Shown: positions 39,995-53,205 of the stretch, piece after piece
Numbering within the stretch: position 1 is the first letter of the stretch
How the letters are laid out: every line of letters begins with the position of its first letter
NCBI GenBank assembly: GCA_951406725.2
Contig: OX597820.1
Coordinates: 24,800,001 to 24,864,000, forward strand
Reading direction: 5' to 3'
DNA: 64,000 nt
DNA from: Octopus vulgaris
Lineage: Eukaryota
Program-made: the position numbers and the translations under genes
Notes under the pieces: generated by a model
The model's input: only the letters and a program-made list of their open reading frames with translations
Told to the model about the DNA's origin: nothing
The model's database searches: none

Positions 39995-40162
39995 TTTTAC
40001 TGCGTATAATATTGTGAGACAAAATATTCTTTTTTTTTTTTGACTTTTCAAAATGTGACGAAGACGTTGCCAGTGAAAGATTTTAATAAAGTATAAACTA
40101 TAATTTACGTTATATCTATATATAAATATATGATTCAAATTTTTTATGTTTTATACTTACAG

Positions 40163-40282
40163 AGATTCTTCAGAATTCTGAACAGCGAACAACTGGTATC
40201 TCCCCAGAGTACAGCTAGAGAGATAATACATATTGTTAGAAACAGAGATTTTGCCAAGTTTTTTCAGAAAGATGAAATAAAG
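40163..40282 (+). CDS. Same receptor: cytoplasmic-tail exon
   Basis: ttacag|AGA ... AAG|gtgaga, 120 bp, phase 0/0. RFFRILNSEQLVSPQSTAREIIHIVRNRDFAKFFQKDEIK continues naturally from ...FLSQ and is non-repetitive, protein-like sequence. Confidence 0.8.
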
Positions 40283-40398
40283 GTGAGATATCTACACAGA
40301 TTCACTAGAAAATATTGTTCGATAGACCGCATACCTTCACACACTCTTGTGTGCATGACTCCTGCTTACACACACTTCAACATGCACGTACACACACA

Positions 40399-40472
<74 letters not shown>

Positions 40473-40724
40473 CGTAACGCGGAGTAGATGAAACAGAGGC
40501 GGCTGAAGAAGGGGAATTTCCCTTGTGGTGTATGTCTTGTACTCTATTTGTTCGTTGTTTAAGAAAAATGTCTATTTCCTTGGTTTTGTGTTTATGTTTT
40601 CGTTTCTCATTGTGTTCGACGTTTTTTTGGAGTCCTGTACCCATATATGCATGTATATATACATATAGATGTAGGTACGTACATATATGTATGTATATAT
40701 GCATATGTTTTATTTATTAATTTG

Positions 40725-40771
<47 letters not shown>

Positions 40772-40776
40772 TGTAT

Positions 40777-40814
<38 letters not shown>

Positions 40815-42126
40815 GAGAGAGAGATGTCTCAATACTAATCTTGCGCCTGTGATACGTCTTTGGTAAAGAAAATAGAAACACTAAAATCCCATGATACACG
40901 TTTACACATACGTACACGTTGATAAAAAGAAAGATGCATTTGCGCAAAAGTAGGTATGTAGCTGCTTGATATGAGTGAAATTTTCTTTTCATTTCTGTAC
41001 TTTTAAGAAGTGAACTAAAACGCAACACACACACACACACACACACACACAGAATATACATAGATGTATGTTTTTGTGCGTGTGCTTCTTTGTGTTTAAC
41101 TTGAGTTCTTGCGAGAGTTAAATCCGGCGGCTAACAAAGCTACAAGACGTTTTGAGTTAAGAGAGTTCACGGTGTTTATAAATATGTGGGTGGGTTGGTG
41201 CCTTGATTGAGCTGTGTGTACGCATGCATGCATGCATGCATGCATGTATGTATGTATGTATGTATGTACGTTTGCATGTATGTATGTATGCAAGTTATTG
41301 TCAGGTCACTTTCGAGTGCTACTGGTAACATGTAACCCAGTACAACCTGTTGCATGGTCGGGTCGTCGGCGACTAAACCGGCAACCCCACCAAGCTTGCT
41401 TTGTGAGGAGGGTGTTTATTGGACACACCGCGGGATGAAAAACAAACCCCGTCAAAGGGCGGAGGAACTCTTGAGAGTCAACGGCCATCCAATAAATGTC
41501 TTAAGGCTGTATCATGCGCGGGGACATATAAATAATCGGACTGAATGCCCGATCGCGCGGTTAAACCATTGGGAGTGAAGGACTCCTAGAATCTGTTAGG
41601 GCATCGTTCTAGGAGAGGGTAACTCAGGTAACTGGGATAACTCCGACAGTGGTTACCGATGATGTTGACATGTTCTTCTTTTCGGATTATGGCTGCTGTT
41701 GCTTAGTGAGTGGGATTGACTCTGTGCACAGCCTTTCCTCACTTTAAAAAAATCTTCTTGCACAGGCATTGCACAATAGCAACATTGATTAAGCTTCGTG
41801 CAATGGCCATACTCGATAACCATGTATGCAAGTATTTATGTATATAATTTGTGTTTTACTTTCATTATATTTTATAACTTATAAAATTGAAGTGGTTAGT
41901 TGGGCTATCATTTAATAAAATGCGAAGGGTGCAAGAGAGATAGTGTGAGAGAGAACATAGTGGCATAAAGAGTATGACTGATTTCAAGGAAGGGGAGGGC
42001 AGAGTTGTATAAGCGACAAATATGGAGTGGCAGTTGGATAGTAATGTTAATACAGTTTTCATTCAAGGATACACACGCTCGTACTTCCAATGTTCTCTCG
42101 CTCGCGTCTCTTCCTGTCTGTCTCTT

Positions 42127-42169
<43 letters not shown>

Positions 42170-42213
42170 GTCTGTCTCTCTCACTCTCTCTCTGTCTCTG
42201 TCTCTCTCTCTCT

Positions 42214-42252
<39 letters not shown>

Positions 42253-42497
42253 ACACGCACACATGCAAACACATCTATAGACAAGTATTTGACAACGTTT
42301 AAACAGAAATTATCCGGAAGTAACCGAAGTATTCCTTTTTCCATTTATGAACAGACGATAAAGTGGTTATCGTCTGTTAAATATTTGGAGTCAACTCACT
42401 TTTCTTTTCACGAAGACGGCGTTTCAAGTCAACATTGAAGGTGAAGTACCTTATCAATTTCGTTTTTATTATTTACAAAATTATAATCACTCGTTCA

Positions 42498-44040
42498 TCT
42501 ATCTCAAAGTTAGAAAGACAGACTTTTAAAGGGGAAACTGTTACCACTTAGTATCTTATCCGTTTTGGTGTTGTAATTTTCCGTCACGTTCTGTTCCCAA
42601 AACCATTTAAAGTTTAAACTAAAGGTGAAGTCCCTTACTGAATTTAATGAAATATATTCAACAATTATATTAATTTATTAATTCACCCTTTTAATAAAGT
42701 CATGGGTGATGATATTTGTATGTTCAGAGCTGTGTCACTCTAGCTAAAAAACAACAGAAATTACCGACCTGTTCGGGAAGAGTCCGTACGATACATATGC
42801 AATAACTGAAAGTATTTTCATTTTTTTATTCCGAATAATACAATGCGGGAATACCAAGCATACATAAGTAGGGATGGAATATACGGCGGTAATGTTGAAT
42901 TAGCTGCCATTAGTGAATTGTACAATGTTGCAATTCAGGTTCATCACAATGACAATGAAATTATTCTTCCTCTGTTCACCGTTTGTGGTCGAACATTTAC
43001 AGAAAGGAAGATTTCAGTGTTATATAGTGCCGAAGTTGACAACGGTCACTACGATGCTCTCTTTCTCATAAATAATCATGAGGATGATAGAAATGTAGAA
43101 GGAAATGAAATATCACAAGACAGTAAAAAAGAGGAAAGAATGAGAATTCAAACACTTTATATGAAAACTGTTGCAGAAAGTAAAAACTATCGGAAAGTTA
43201 GGTTGCAAAAATATTAGGGAATATGAGAGGAGGACAAGAGAACAAGGTGACAAAAATAGGGAAATATGATTGTAAAGAAAGAAGGAAAATTATAGAAATA
43301 AAAAAGGTACAAGAAAATTAAAAAAAAGATAAAGAAATACGATCGCAAAAAAGGAGAGAAAAAGGTAGACTAAATAGAGAACAAGAGAGTGAGAGCGACC
43401 GAAAAATACGACTGAAAAGGGGAAAGCTTTCCAGAGAAAATCATCAGAAAAAGTATAGACGATTTCAATGGTAAGGTGTAGCATTTAATTATGGTCCTAA
43501 TCATAATTATGCATCTGAAAAAATGTCTCCCTGGGCTCTATGTACAAAACATGTGAAAAGTGAGGTGCTAGGAAGTGAGACAAGGAATCATTAGGTATGT
43601 GTTGTTCTAATGGTAAAGTCCATTTACCAATAACTGAGCCTCCAAAACTTATGAAACACTTTCTTAAGAATTTTCGAGCTGACACTTGTACATTTCAAAT
43701 GACATCATTTTGAGCAAAACTTATTGGGGAAAGTGGGTTTATGTCGACTTTTAAAGTGCAAGGACAAATTTATCACAGAATTGGCTCTCTTAAGCTTTTA
43801 CAGAATAAAGATCCACAGATTTTACAAAAAAAAAGCACGGTGTCGCAGCAAGATTTGTCCAGGTACAAAATTAGAATTTATTTTTAAGCTGCAAGAAATG
43901 CTCCACGAAAAGAATTCTTATGTGAGAAGCTTTCAGAATATACTTTAACTGCAGAATTTCAAATTGTCATCGATACCGACAAAAGACCAGCAGGAGAACA
44001 TGTCCGTCGGTTCAATGTTTCTTAGTGTAATGAAGAGAGT
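42498..44040 (+). mobile_element. Decayed Helitron 5' portion: OTU protease domain + RepHel N-terminus
   Basis: GDDICMFRAVS (OTU GDGNCLFRA), YGGNVELAAISELY and NGHYDAL; then C..*.A...GMCCSNGKVHLP, FQMTSF, FKVQGQIYHRIGSL, LQEMLHEKNSYVRSF and DKRPAGEHVRRFN. Confidence 0.85.
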
Positions 44041-44686
44041 ATAAATACTTGGAAAAAATTATTTACTCCTTATGCTTAAAGACTAAAACTCCGTTCATTT
44101 AAACAATATATATGTATGAAGGCGCATGGCTCAATGGTTACAGTGTCAGGCTCTCGGTTCCCGGACGGGGCTGCCTTATGTTTTTGAGCAAAACACTTTA
44201 TTTCACGTTGCTCGAGTTTACGCAGCTGTAGAAATGATTTGCAAAGCCACTGGTACCAAACTGCATCGGCCTTTACCTTTCAGTTGGATAACATTGATGT
44301 CGTGGATAAGAGTTGCTGGTATGCATGGGCGACAGCTGCTCTTCTATAAACAACCTTGCCAGGACTTGTGCTTTGGAAGGTAACATTCTAGATCCCATGG
44401 TCCTTCATAACCGAAAGAGGTTTTTACCCTACATATATATATATATATATATATATATAGTCAATTCAAATAAACAAACAATTCAAAATTAAAAAATATT
44501 TTTTTTAAATCATAAAAGACGAACGTGGGGACATGCAGAAAATATGTATTAGTTTGACACTCAGTGAAAGGAGAGAGTTTGACGTTTCGAGTATAGCTCT
44601 TTGTCGGAAAGAAGAAAGCGAAAAGTCCAAAGATAAAGAAATCGCCAACGGCACACGTGTAGTTATACATACAGGAATACATACAT

Positions 44687-44783
<97 letters not shown>

Positions 44784-45583
44784 ATAAGGACAGTAAAAAA
44801 TATATATTTCGTGTAGACGATCTTTAATTCAAATGGATTTGAATTAAAGATAGTCTACACTTATATAGTTTTTTTTCCTTATCTTATACCTCATTTATTG
44901 ATTTTGCAAGCTCTGAATATATATTTACATATATTATTTGCTTGGTTGTACTCGTGGACTTCGATGTTTGACATCTATCTTATTGAAGGATTTCGACCCT
45001 CACCTCTTATATATATATATATATATGAAAGTAAAATACAAAAATGGTCTGCAACGTGACAAATGTTTAATAGCTTTACTGGGCATATATTAGTGTATGT
45101 TTTCACAGAGTTTTACATGCCTAACACAAAAGGTAAAAACACGGGAGGGAAAAGATTACTTGTTACTTAGAGATTTCCTATGAGAAAAGATATGGCGACT
45201 AAATTGTTCTGTACACTGCGGCTAAAAGAGATTTTGTAGTAGAAGAAATAGCAGACCGGTATCTGGTGTTTCACTGCCTTTCAACTTAAGGATCTTGTTG
45301 ATACTTCGGTTCCTATAAAACCTACACCAGTAGCAAAATAGTGAAAAACGAAAATAAAAACGAAAACACATATACACATAGGCACACTCATGCACGCAAC
45401 ATACACACACATACACACACTTACGCACGCATACAAATACACACACAAACATATATGTTTATATATGTTGTTTCCATTTTTATTTTTTTTTATCTTGCTT
45501 CCAACACCACTTTGGTGGAGGGTTGATCCGAAGAGTCAGTCTACTTCTTTTCTTTATGTCGGCGTGCTTTTGACTGTGCAGAA

Positions 45584-45619
<36 letters not shown>

Positions 45620-45779
45620 GCACACACACACACACGCGCGCGCGCGCGCGCGCGCGCACTTATGTTTACATTTTATCCATCAATCTTCGAAGCCTTGTCT
45701 AGCGGTTGTAACCTCTCACATTGTTCACCTGTCCGTCTTTTTATTACTTCATTCCATTTGTGCTATTTGTACTATTTCA

Positions 45780-45847
<68 letters not shown>

Positions 45848-45910
45848 CATAAATTTATATATATACATATATATATATATATACACACATTTTGGGGAGA
45901 GACGAACATT

Positions 45911-45950
<40 letters not shown>

Positions 45951-46551
45951 CACAAACACATACACACACACACATTCAATGGCGAGACTTGAACACAGAT
46001 ATATTAAGAGTTGAAACAAAATAAATTTCCTTCTCATTTTCAGTAATTGATTCTGACAAACAGATTTATGCAATTTTAAATTTCTTTTCAAAGATAGTTT
46101 TGAAAGACAGCATTAAACAAACATTAATGGAAATATTATTGTATCATTTTAATAATTTTGAATGGCAATGTAGACAATTTTGCGGCTTATCAATGTTTTC
46201 TTTCCTACTCAGCAAAGACGTATACATTATCGTAACAGCAGCTTAGAGAATATTGTGAAAGATTTGGATTGGTTTTGATGCTGCTGGTTTGGTTAATGAT
46301 AGCTGTTCAGCTCCAGGCCAACACTCGTTTACCAGAGACGTTCTTGCCATAACTTTTCGTTATTTCTAATTATCTATGATGTAATATTCAATGTCACCTA
46401 CTCTTCATCTTTTAAGTCGGTATGGTTTGAATTGTAGAAGATTTACCTGCTATATCTTGTAGCTTGAGCGACCTTGTTTAGGTAAAAAAAAGGTGTTAGT
46501 TTCATTTAGCTTTACGAGCTTCTGAGATATGGGTGGATCACTTGGTAAAAA

Positions 46552-47126
46552 TCTTTATATCTATAAACGGCAAAATGTCTATGTGTCTGTGTGTCTGTGT
46601 GCCTGTGTGTCCTTTATACAAATCCACAGTTTTTCACGGAAAAGGCTCGCATTTTCGATAGGCTTTCAAAACTGGCTGAGGGTGGTCGTGAAGATCTTTT
46701 CATTTCCCCAGTCACCCCAGAAATCCATTAAAAAATCGATAAACCGACCCTTTATGCCCATAAGTTATGGGCATATCCATTCAAATTCGCTAAAACATAG
46801 AAATTTGTACGCGGTGTGTGCGTACAGCTAGATACGTCAATAGACTGTCAGCTGTTTTTTGATTGGACGGAGATCATTTTACCCTTGACAGATGAATGCG
46901 CATGCGCATTTACAGTCAGTCTGTATGACTCAGCGCATTTTTGTGTTTTGCGAAGACCCTTTATCATATGTTTTGGCTTTCAAACGTACACGCTTTTTTT
47001 AATTTGAGAAATGCAGGGAATAATTAACGAGTTAGACCAAATGAATGACAAGAGAGCAGGAGTTTCATGAAAGACCAAATATGCTTCACTAGCACTAGAC
47101 CCGGCAACGCCGGGTCATAGTGCTAG
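46552..47126 (+). mobile_element. Non-autonomous Helitron
   Basis: A|TC 5' end (tctttatatctataaac), subterminal GC hairpin gacccggc-aac-gccgggtc, and CTAG|T 3' end. Confidence 0.85.
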
Positions 47127-48004
47127 TAAGTACTATTTAAGTTCTATCGTTGACCAAATCCATTTAATCTATGCTTTTAAATTTCTAGGCTTTGTACCTA
47201 TATTTGAAATCATTATTACAGTAAGGCGGCAAGCTGAAAGAATCGTTAGCACATCGGACAAAATGCTTGGCTGCAGTTTGTTCGTCTTTACGTTCTGAGT
47301 TCAAATTCCACCAACGTCGACTTTGCTTTTCAACGTTTCGGAGTCGGGCATGGGGTCGATCTAATCGACTTACACCCATCCCCAAAATTGGTGGCTTTGT
47401 GCTGAAATTTGAAACCATTATTAAAGTAAGGCGGCGCACGGGCAGAATCGTTGGCATGCCGGGCAAAACGATTTACTCACTACATTTCGTCAGTAAATAC
47501 AATCTGAGTTCAAATTCTATCAATACCAACTTATTCTTGTATCTCTTTTTCGGGGTCGATAAATTAAGTACCAGTTGCATATGGGGTCGACGTGACCGAC
47601 CTACCCTTACCATCTAAAAATCAAGCCTTGTGCCTGTGGTAGAAAGGATTAGTAGATTAAGGGCGTAAAATGAAGAGAAACGCTGACTCGGTTTTTGCAA
47701 AACATTTACTACTTACATACAATTTCACTGTAAATTAACGTGTCACTTTAGTAGTTTACAGCGCTGAGATCAAATTATCTAAAAGATCGTATATAAGTGG
47801 AAGAAATAGCTTGTTCACGTGAGATCTGGTAACAATATAAAACAGAACAACATTAAAGTGCCATCAACTATATCAGACTTTGCGCCATCATTTAAACTGT
47901 CGCCTGTTTATATGCAAGCAATGCTTATTATGCAGGCTGGCACACACACACACACACACGCATGTATATACATGCATGATTATTTATATACATGTATGTG
48001 TATA

Positions 48005-48084
<80 letters not shown>

Positions 48085-48514
48085 AAAAGAAAATGATCCT
48101 CGCAATAACACACACACACACATATATATATGAATACTGTGTGTGTGTATATATATATATATGTATATATGTATGTGTGTATATATATATATGTATATAT
48201 GTATGTATGTATTATGTACGTACGTACGTACGGTCGTATGTATGTATGAATGTATGTATGTATGTATGTATGTATGTATGTACGTATTTATGTATGTATG
48301 AATGTATGTATGTATGTATGTATGTATGTATGTATGTATGTATGTATGTATGTATGTATGTATGTATGTATGTATGTATGTATGTATGTATGTATGTATA
48401 AAGAAAGCAATCAAGGAAAAACCGATCAGGTGAACTTTCACATTCCAGATTGGAAGCGTGTTTCATTTGTACAATTGATTCTTCAATAACACGAAGCGAT
48501 TGTACGGTAATAAC

Positions 48515-48548
<34 letters not shown>

Positions 48549-48659
48549 ATCGTAACTGGGTTGTCATTGAAAACAAAATCTATTTCGAGTAATGTTTTGA
48601 AAGTAAGCCACTGGACAAAGTGATATGTATACAGTAATATATACACGTGTGTATACATG

Positions 48660-48696
<37 letters not shown>

Positions 48697-49849
48697 GTGA
48701 GTGTGTGTGTGTGTGCGTGTGTGTGTGTATTTGTATGTGTATGTATGTGTGCATGTATGTATGTACGTATGCATGTAAGTATATATTTGCATGAGTGTGT
48801 GTGTATATGTGTGTGTGTCTGCGTATATCAAATAGTGATATACTACTCTATTGGTTATTTCTTCACTTCTACTTTTGTTATTATAAATTTAACACCTGCA
48901 TCCACACTGAAAATGTTGGCGATGTGAATCTCCTCTGGTTTATTTACGATTAGCCTTGTTATTCTTAAATTGCACAATTGGTAACGCCAGTGCAAATGTC
49001 ATGTGGTATTTAGTTACATCCCTTCATGTTCTGTGCTCAAATCCTGCCAAGTTTGAATATATTTTTCAAGCTTTTAATATTGATCATCTACATACCTGCC
49101 AAGCACAAGAATACGTTGTGGTCTCGTTAGAAATCTCGTTAGAAATCCTTACGATAGAGTCGCAACTTATCAATTAAGCCGAGTGACAGAATCTAAATGA
49201 ATGGTAAGTAATGTTCTGTCACAAGTGCCATGCTTGCCGTAAAAGTTCTTTAATCGCAAAATCCACTCTTATATTTTTAAATACAGTAAGACAGAGTAAA
49301 TTATATTTGCAAGTAGCCGCCATATTGTAAACATCGCTTTAGTTTGCAGTGTTTACTCAAATCTTTATAAAAGAACAACTAAGTTAACGTTAATAAATTT
49401 AATGTGTTGTAAGGTTGCTAGGTGGTAGAATTGTTTGCACGCCTGGCAAAATGCTTACTGGTATTTCGTTCTGAGTTCAAACTCTGCCAGAGCCGACTTT
49501 ATATTTTATCCTTTTGGAGCCGATAAAATACGTACCAGTTGAGCACTGGGATTGATGTTATCGACTTACCCTCTCCGCCACATTGCTGACCTTGTGTCAT
49601 ACTTTGAAACCAATGTATTTAATGGACTGAGGCGGTGAGATGGCAGAATAGGTACCGTGCCGAGCAAAATGCTCCGCGAGTTTTTACCTGAGTTCTGAGT
49701 TTAAATTCTGCCAAGTTCGACTTTGCCTTTCACTCTTTCGAGGCCGATAAGTACCAGTTGAGTACTGGAGTCGATGTAATCAACTTACGCCGTCTTCCAA
49801 ACGTGCTGGCTCTGTACCAAATTGTGAAAAAACATATTTAATGGACTGG

Positions 49850-50135
49850 TTATAAAACTGATGAAGTGCTTCATCGGACAAATGCAAAGAGGTCATTATT
49901 CTCAGCTATCAAGAAGAAAAAAAAGCTAAGGCGCTTTGATCACATATTAAGAGCACAAGAGATACAACGACTATTAGAAGGAAAGATAAATTAAATGACA
50001 AGCGCTCGAAAGGAAGACCTTGGGAAAAAAAACTGAACTAAATTATATGTTAAATATGTTAGAATGACAGAGGAAAAACCCGAATGGAAATCCTTGATAT
50101 TCAACCCTGAAAGAGCAGACGACACCTGGTAAATG
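49850..50135 (+). mobile_element. RTE-clade LINE 3' fragment
   Basis: EVLHRTNAKRSLFSAIKKK.LR.FDHILR...LLEGKI...RSKGRP-like translation across frameshifts. Confidence 0.65.
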
Positions 50136-50554
50136 AATGAATGTATTATGAATCTGACTAGTAATTATCATACAGAGAGGATAAAATAATATTAGACAAA
50201 TAGCTAATATTTTCATTCTTTCGACAAGAACGAAAGACTATACAGACATGTTTAGTCTCATTAGAACATTTTTTTCTTGAAGCATAGATAATTGTCCATT
50301 GGTTAGTACAGTGAAATATAATTGCATAGATTCGAAAGTTTCCATGAGATTGTTTTCCACCAAGATGATTTATCAAAGTATCCGAGAATATTCCGAACAT
50401 CACAGTAGTAACTTTTTGAACGAAATCACTAACATTGCAGCAACATTATTATTAGTTTCAGAACACATGGCAGAGTCGTACTGATGCAATATCTGGTAAT
50501 CATATCCACTAGGCAGCTGAATATAGATATATATGAATAAATATATATGTATAT

Positions 50555-50608
<54 letters not shown>

Positions 50609-50725
50609 ACATGTGTTTGTATGTATGTATATATATATATATATTTGTATATATACATATATATATATTTATGTATATATATGTATATATATATATATTT
50701 GTATATATACATATATGTATGTATA

Positions 50726-50814
<89 letters not shown>

Positions 50815-51662
50815 GTATATATATATGTACATAAATATATATACATATATATATGCATAAATATATATACATATATACATACATATATATATAAATATAT
50901 ATACATATATATATGCATAAATATATATACATACATATATATATATATATATCACGTGATCACGTGACCGACCAGATCATCAGATGTTGCTACACATCGC
51001 TGGTCACAATGCGTTCGCATTGTTTTAGCCTTCGAATGACGCCACCCCGCTGGCTAAGCGAGCAGGCCAACAGAAGAAAGAGTGAGAGAAAGAGAGATGA
51101 AAGAGTACAGCAGGGATTACTACCCCCTGCCGGAGTCTCGTGGGGCTTTAAGGTGTTTTCGCTCAATAAACACACACAACGCCCAGTCTGGGAATCGAAA
51201 CTGCGATCCTACATATATATATATATACATACCATCCATTGCTATTTGCATCGTTGCCGTATATTGGGATACATATTCTGGAAATATTAATATTTGTTTA
51301 GGGATCTCTAGTATATGAAAGTTTTGCTGCATATCTCTCTCCATCACACACACATTCTATATATATATATGTACGTATGTAAAATACGTACATATTGTCC
51401 TACTCACCTATCCAGCTCGGTGGTATCATTCGAAACAATGGGAAGCGCATTGTTACCAGCAGTGTATAACAATACGTGATAGTCTGGTCGATACTGTGAT
51501 ACCGTATACATGTGTGTGTGTGTGTGTGTGTGTGCGTGTGTAATGTAATACTGCTTCCTTCGTTACTAATTTATGTATATGTATATATATATATATATCA
51601 TTCGCCATAATGGTTTGTTAGCCACTACACATTCATTATTTTCTCTCCTTTCATTCTGTGTT

Positions 51663-51700
51663 CCTTTCTGTGGAAGAGCGTAGGCTCGAAACGTTAAGGA
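51663..51700 (+). ncRNA. Minimal hammerhead-like motif (ACGT family, A6U variant)
   Basis: cttt-CTGTGGA-A-GAGC(gtag)GCTC-GAAA-CG-TT-aagg. Confidence 0.45.
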
Positions 51701-51788
51701 CTTTTTCACTTCCCGAGCGTTAAACTAATACATCTGTTTGTTGCCTACACTACCTGTCTTCGTCTTTTGGTTTCTTATGAATTCTTCC

Positions 51789-51845
<57 letters not shown>

Positions 51846-52028
51846 GTAAATATATGGCACAACGAAGTACCGATATTTACTGGAAAATAGCGAAAGGAAT
51901 AAATACGACGCTAATGTATAACTTCACCGCGTATGTACTAGCAAAAATGCGTGTGTGCAACAAACTTGAAAAAAATTGTCTTACCTCCAGGGAGAACATC
52001 TGAAAGATGAAATACCTAGAAAGGGATA

Positions 52029-52101
52029 ATGTGGGACCGGTTTCAGATTTTTCAAGATATGTCTGCACACATATACTTGATTTATCTTCATCAGCCAACA
52101 T
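52029..52101 (-). ncRNA. Type-I hammerhead with extended helix II and GUC site
   Basis: Minus strand reads atgttgg-CTGATGA-AGAT.aaa.TCAAG.t.ATATGT(gtgcag)ACATAT.CTTGA.aaa.ATCT-GAAA-CCGG-TC-ccacat. Confidence 0.85.
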
Positions 52102-52285
52102 ATACCCGACAACATTTCAGATGTTGCCACATCAATGCCAATACACTCGACTGAAACGCCAAAACGCTGAGAGAACGAGAACAGTGAAGAAGTTTCAATA
52201 AAAATAGTAATGCAATACGAGAGTATTGCTTTCCAGTAAAAAATAGCCCGTGAGGGAAAATTATATATATATACATATATATATA

Positions 52286-52870
52286 TTAATAGAGGTCACA
52301 AAAGTGACAGAGGGTGCTGACTAGCACCGCTTATGCTAAAATAAGAGCTAAAATATCTCTAAATCTACTAACACACTATAGTTAATGACTGACAAAGAGG
52401 GATAAGTCCCTAGCGTACACAGCCGTATCGCGATTTCGAATTTTGGTGCAGATCACCTTAATCCTCATCAGCAGCTCTTAACATCTGGGGTTAAACTCAA
52501 TTTCCTTTGTCAATCTTATAAGAAAAATCATTTGCTGATTTTCAAAACAGTAAAAATGTAAACAGCAAATTAAAAGCGTGGCTTATTAGCAATTAGATCC
52601 TAAAGGCAAAATTAAAAGACATCACAAAAGTGAGGGTGCTGACTATCACCGATTATGCTAAAATGCACCAAAATTCGAAATCGTCATACGGCTGTGTATG
52701 CTAGGGACTCACCTCCCTTTGTCAGCCATTAGGTATAGTGCTTTAGTGACGTTAGAGTTAATTTAAATCTTAATTTTAGCATAAGCGGCGGTAATCATCA
52801 TCATTCGTCACTTTTGTGTCCTCTGTTAATTTTTTTCTTTAAGTTCTAATTGCTAATAAGCCACCCTTCT
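52286..52870 (-). mobile_element. Hammerhead-bearing mini-element with partial-tandem and inverted repeats
   Basis: Direct repeat 52296-52342 / 52622-52664. The inverted arm 52664-52870 matches 52286-52450 and 52575-52612. TA-rich flanks. Confidence 0.7.
52421..52476 (-). ncRNA. Minimal type-I hammerhead ribozyme motif
   Basis: Minus strand reads agctg-CTGATGA-GGATT.aa.GGTG(atctg)CACC.aa.AATTC-GAAA-TCGCGA-TA-cggct. Palindromic helix III ATCGCGAT. Confidence 0.85.
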
Positions 52871-52994
52871 AAGTTGTTATATATATACGTGTGTGTGCGT
52901 GTGTGTGTGTACATGTGTGTGTGTACATGTGTGTGTACATGTGTGTGTACATGTGTGTGTGTGTACATGTGTGTGTGTACATGTGTGTGTGTGT

Positions 52995-53044
<50 letters not shown>

Positions 53045-53128
53045 CAGGCAGGCAGACAGACAGATGTATACCTACGTACATAATTAGAACATTTAAAAAC
53101 ATAACTTCCATTTTTTTTTCTTTTGCAG

Positions 53129-53205
53129 TCTACCAAAGCCCATCGCAGAAACCCGCCGCCACAAAGAAATAAGGATATTTTTGATTTAGCCACAACAATG
53201 ATAAG
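53129..53205 (+). CDS. Same receptor: probable further cytoplasmic-tail exon
   Basis: Strong polypyrimidine tract ttttttttcttttgcag|, open phase-0 frame STKAHRRNPPPQRNKDIFDLATTMI(R), donor AG|gtaaag. Not shown in this frame in the ORF track. Confidence 0.65.

Noticed and set aside
40500-40535. CTGAAGA followed by an AGGG/CCCT stem
   Set aside because: No GAAA or helix III follows.
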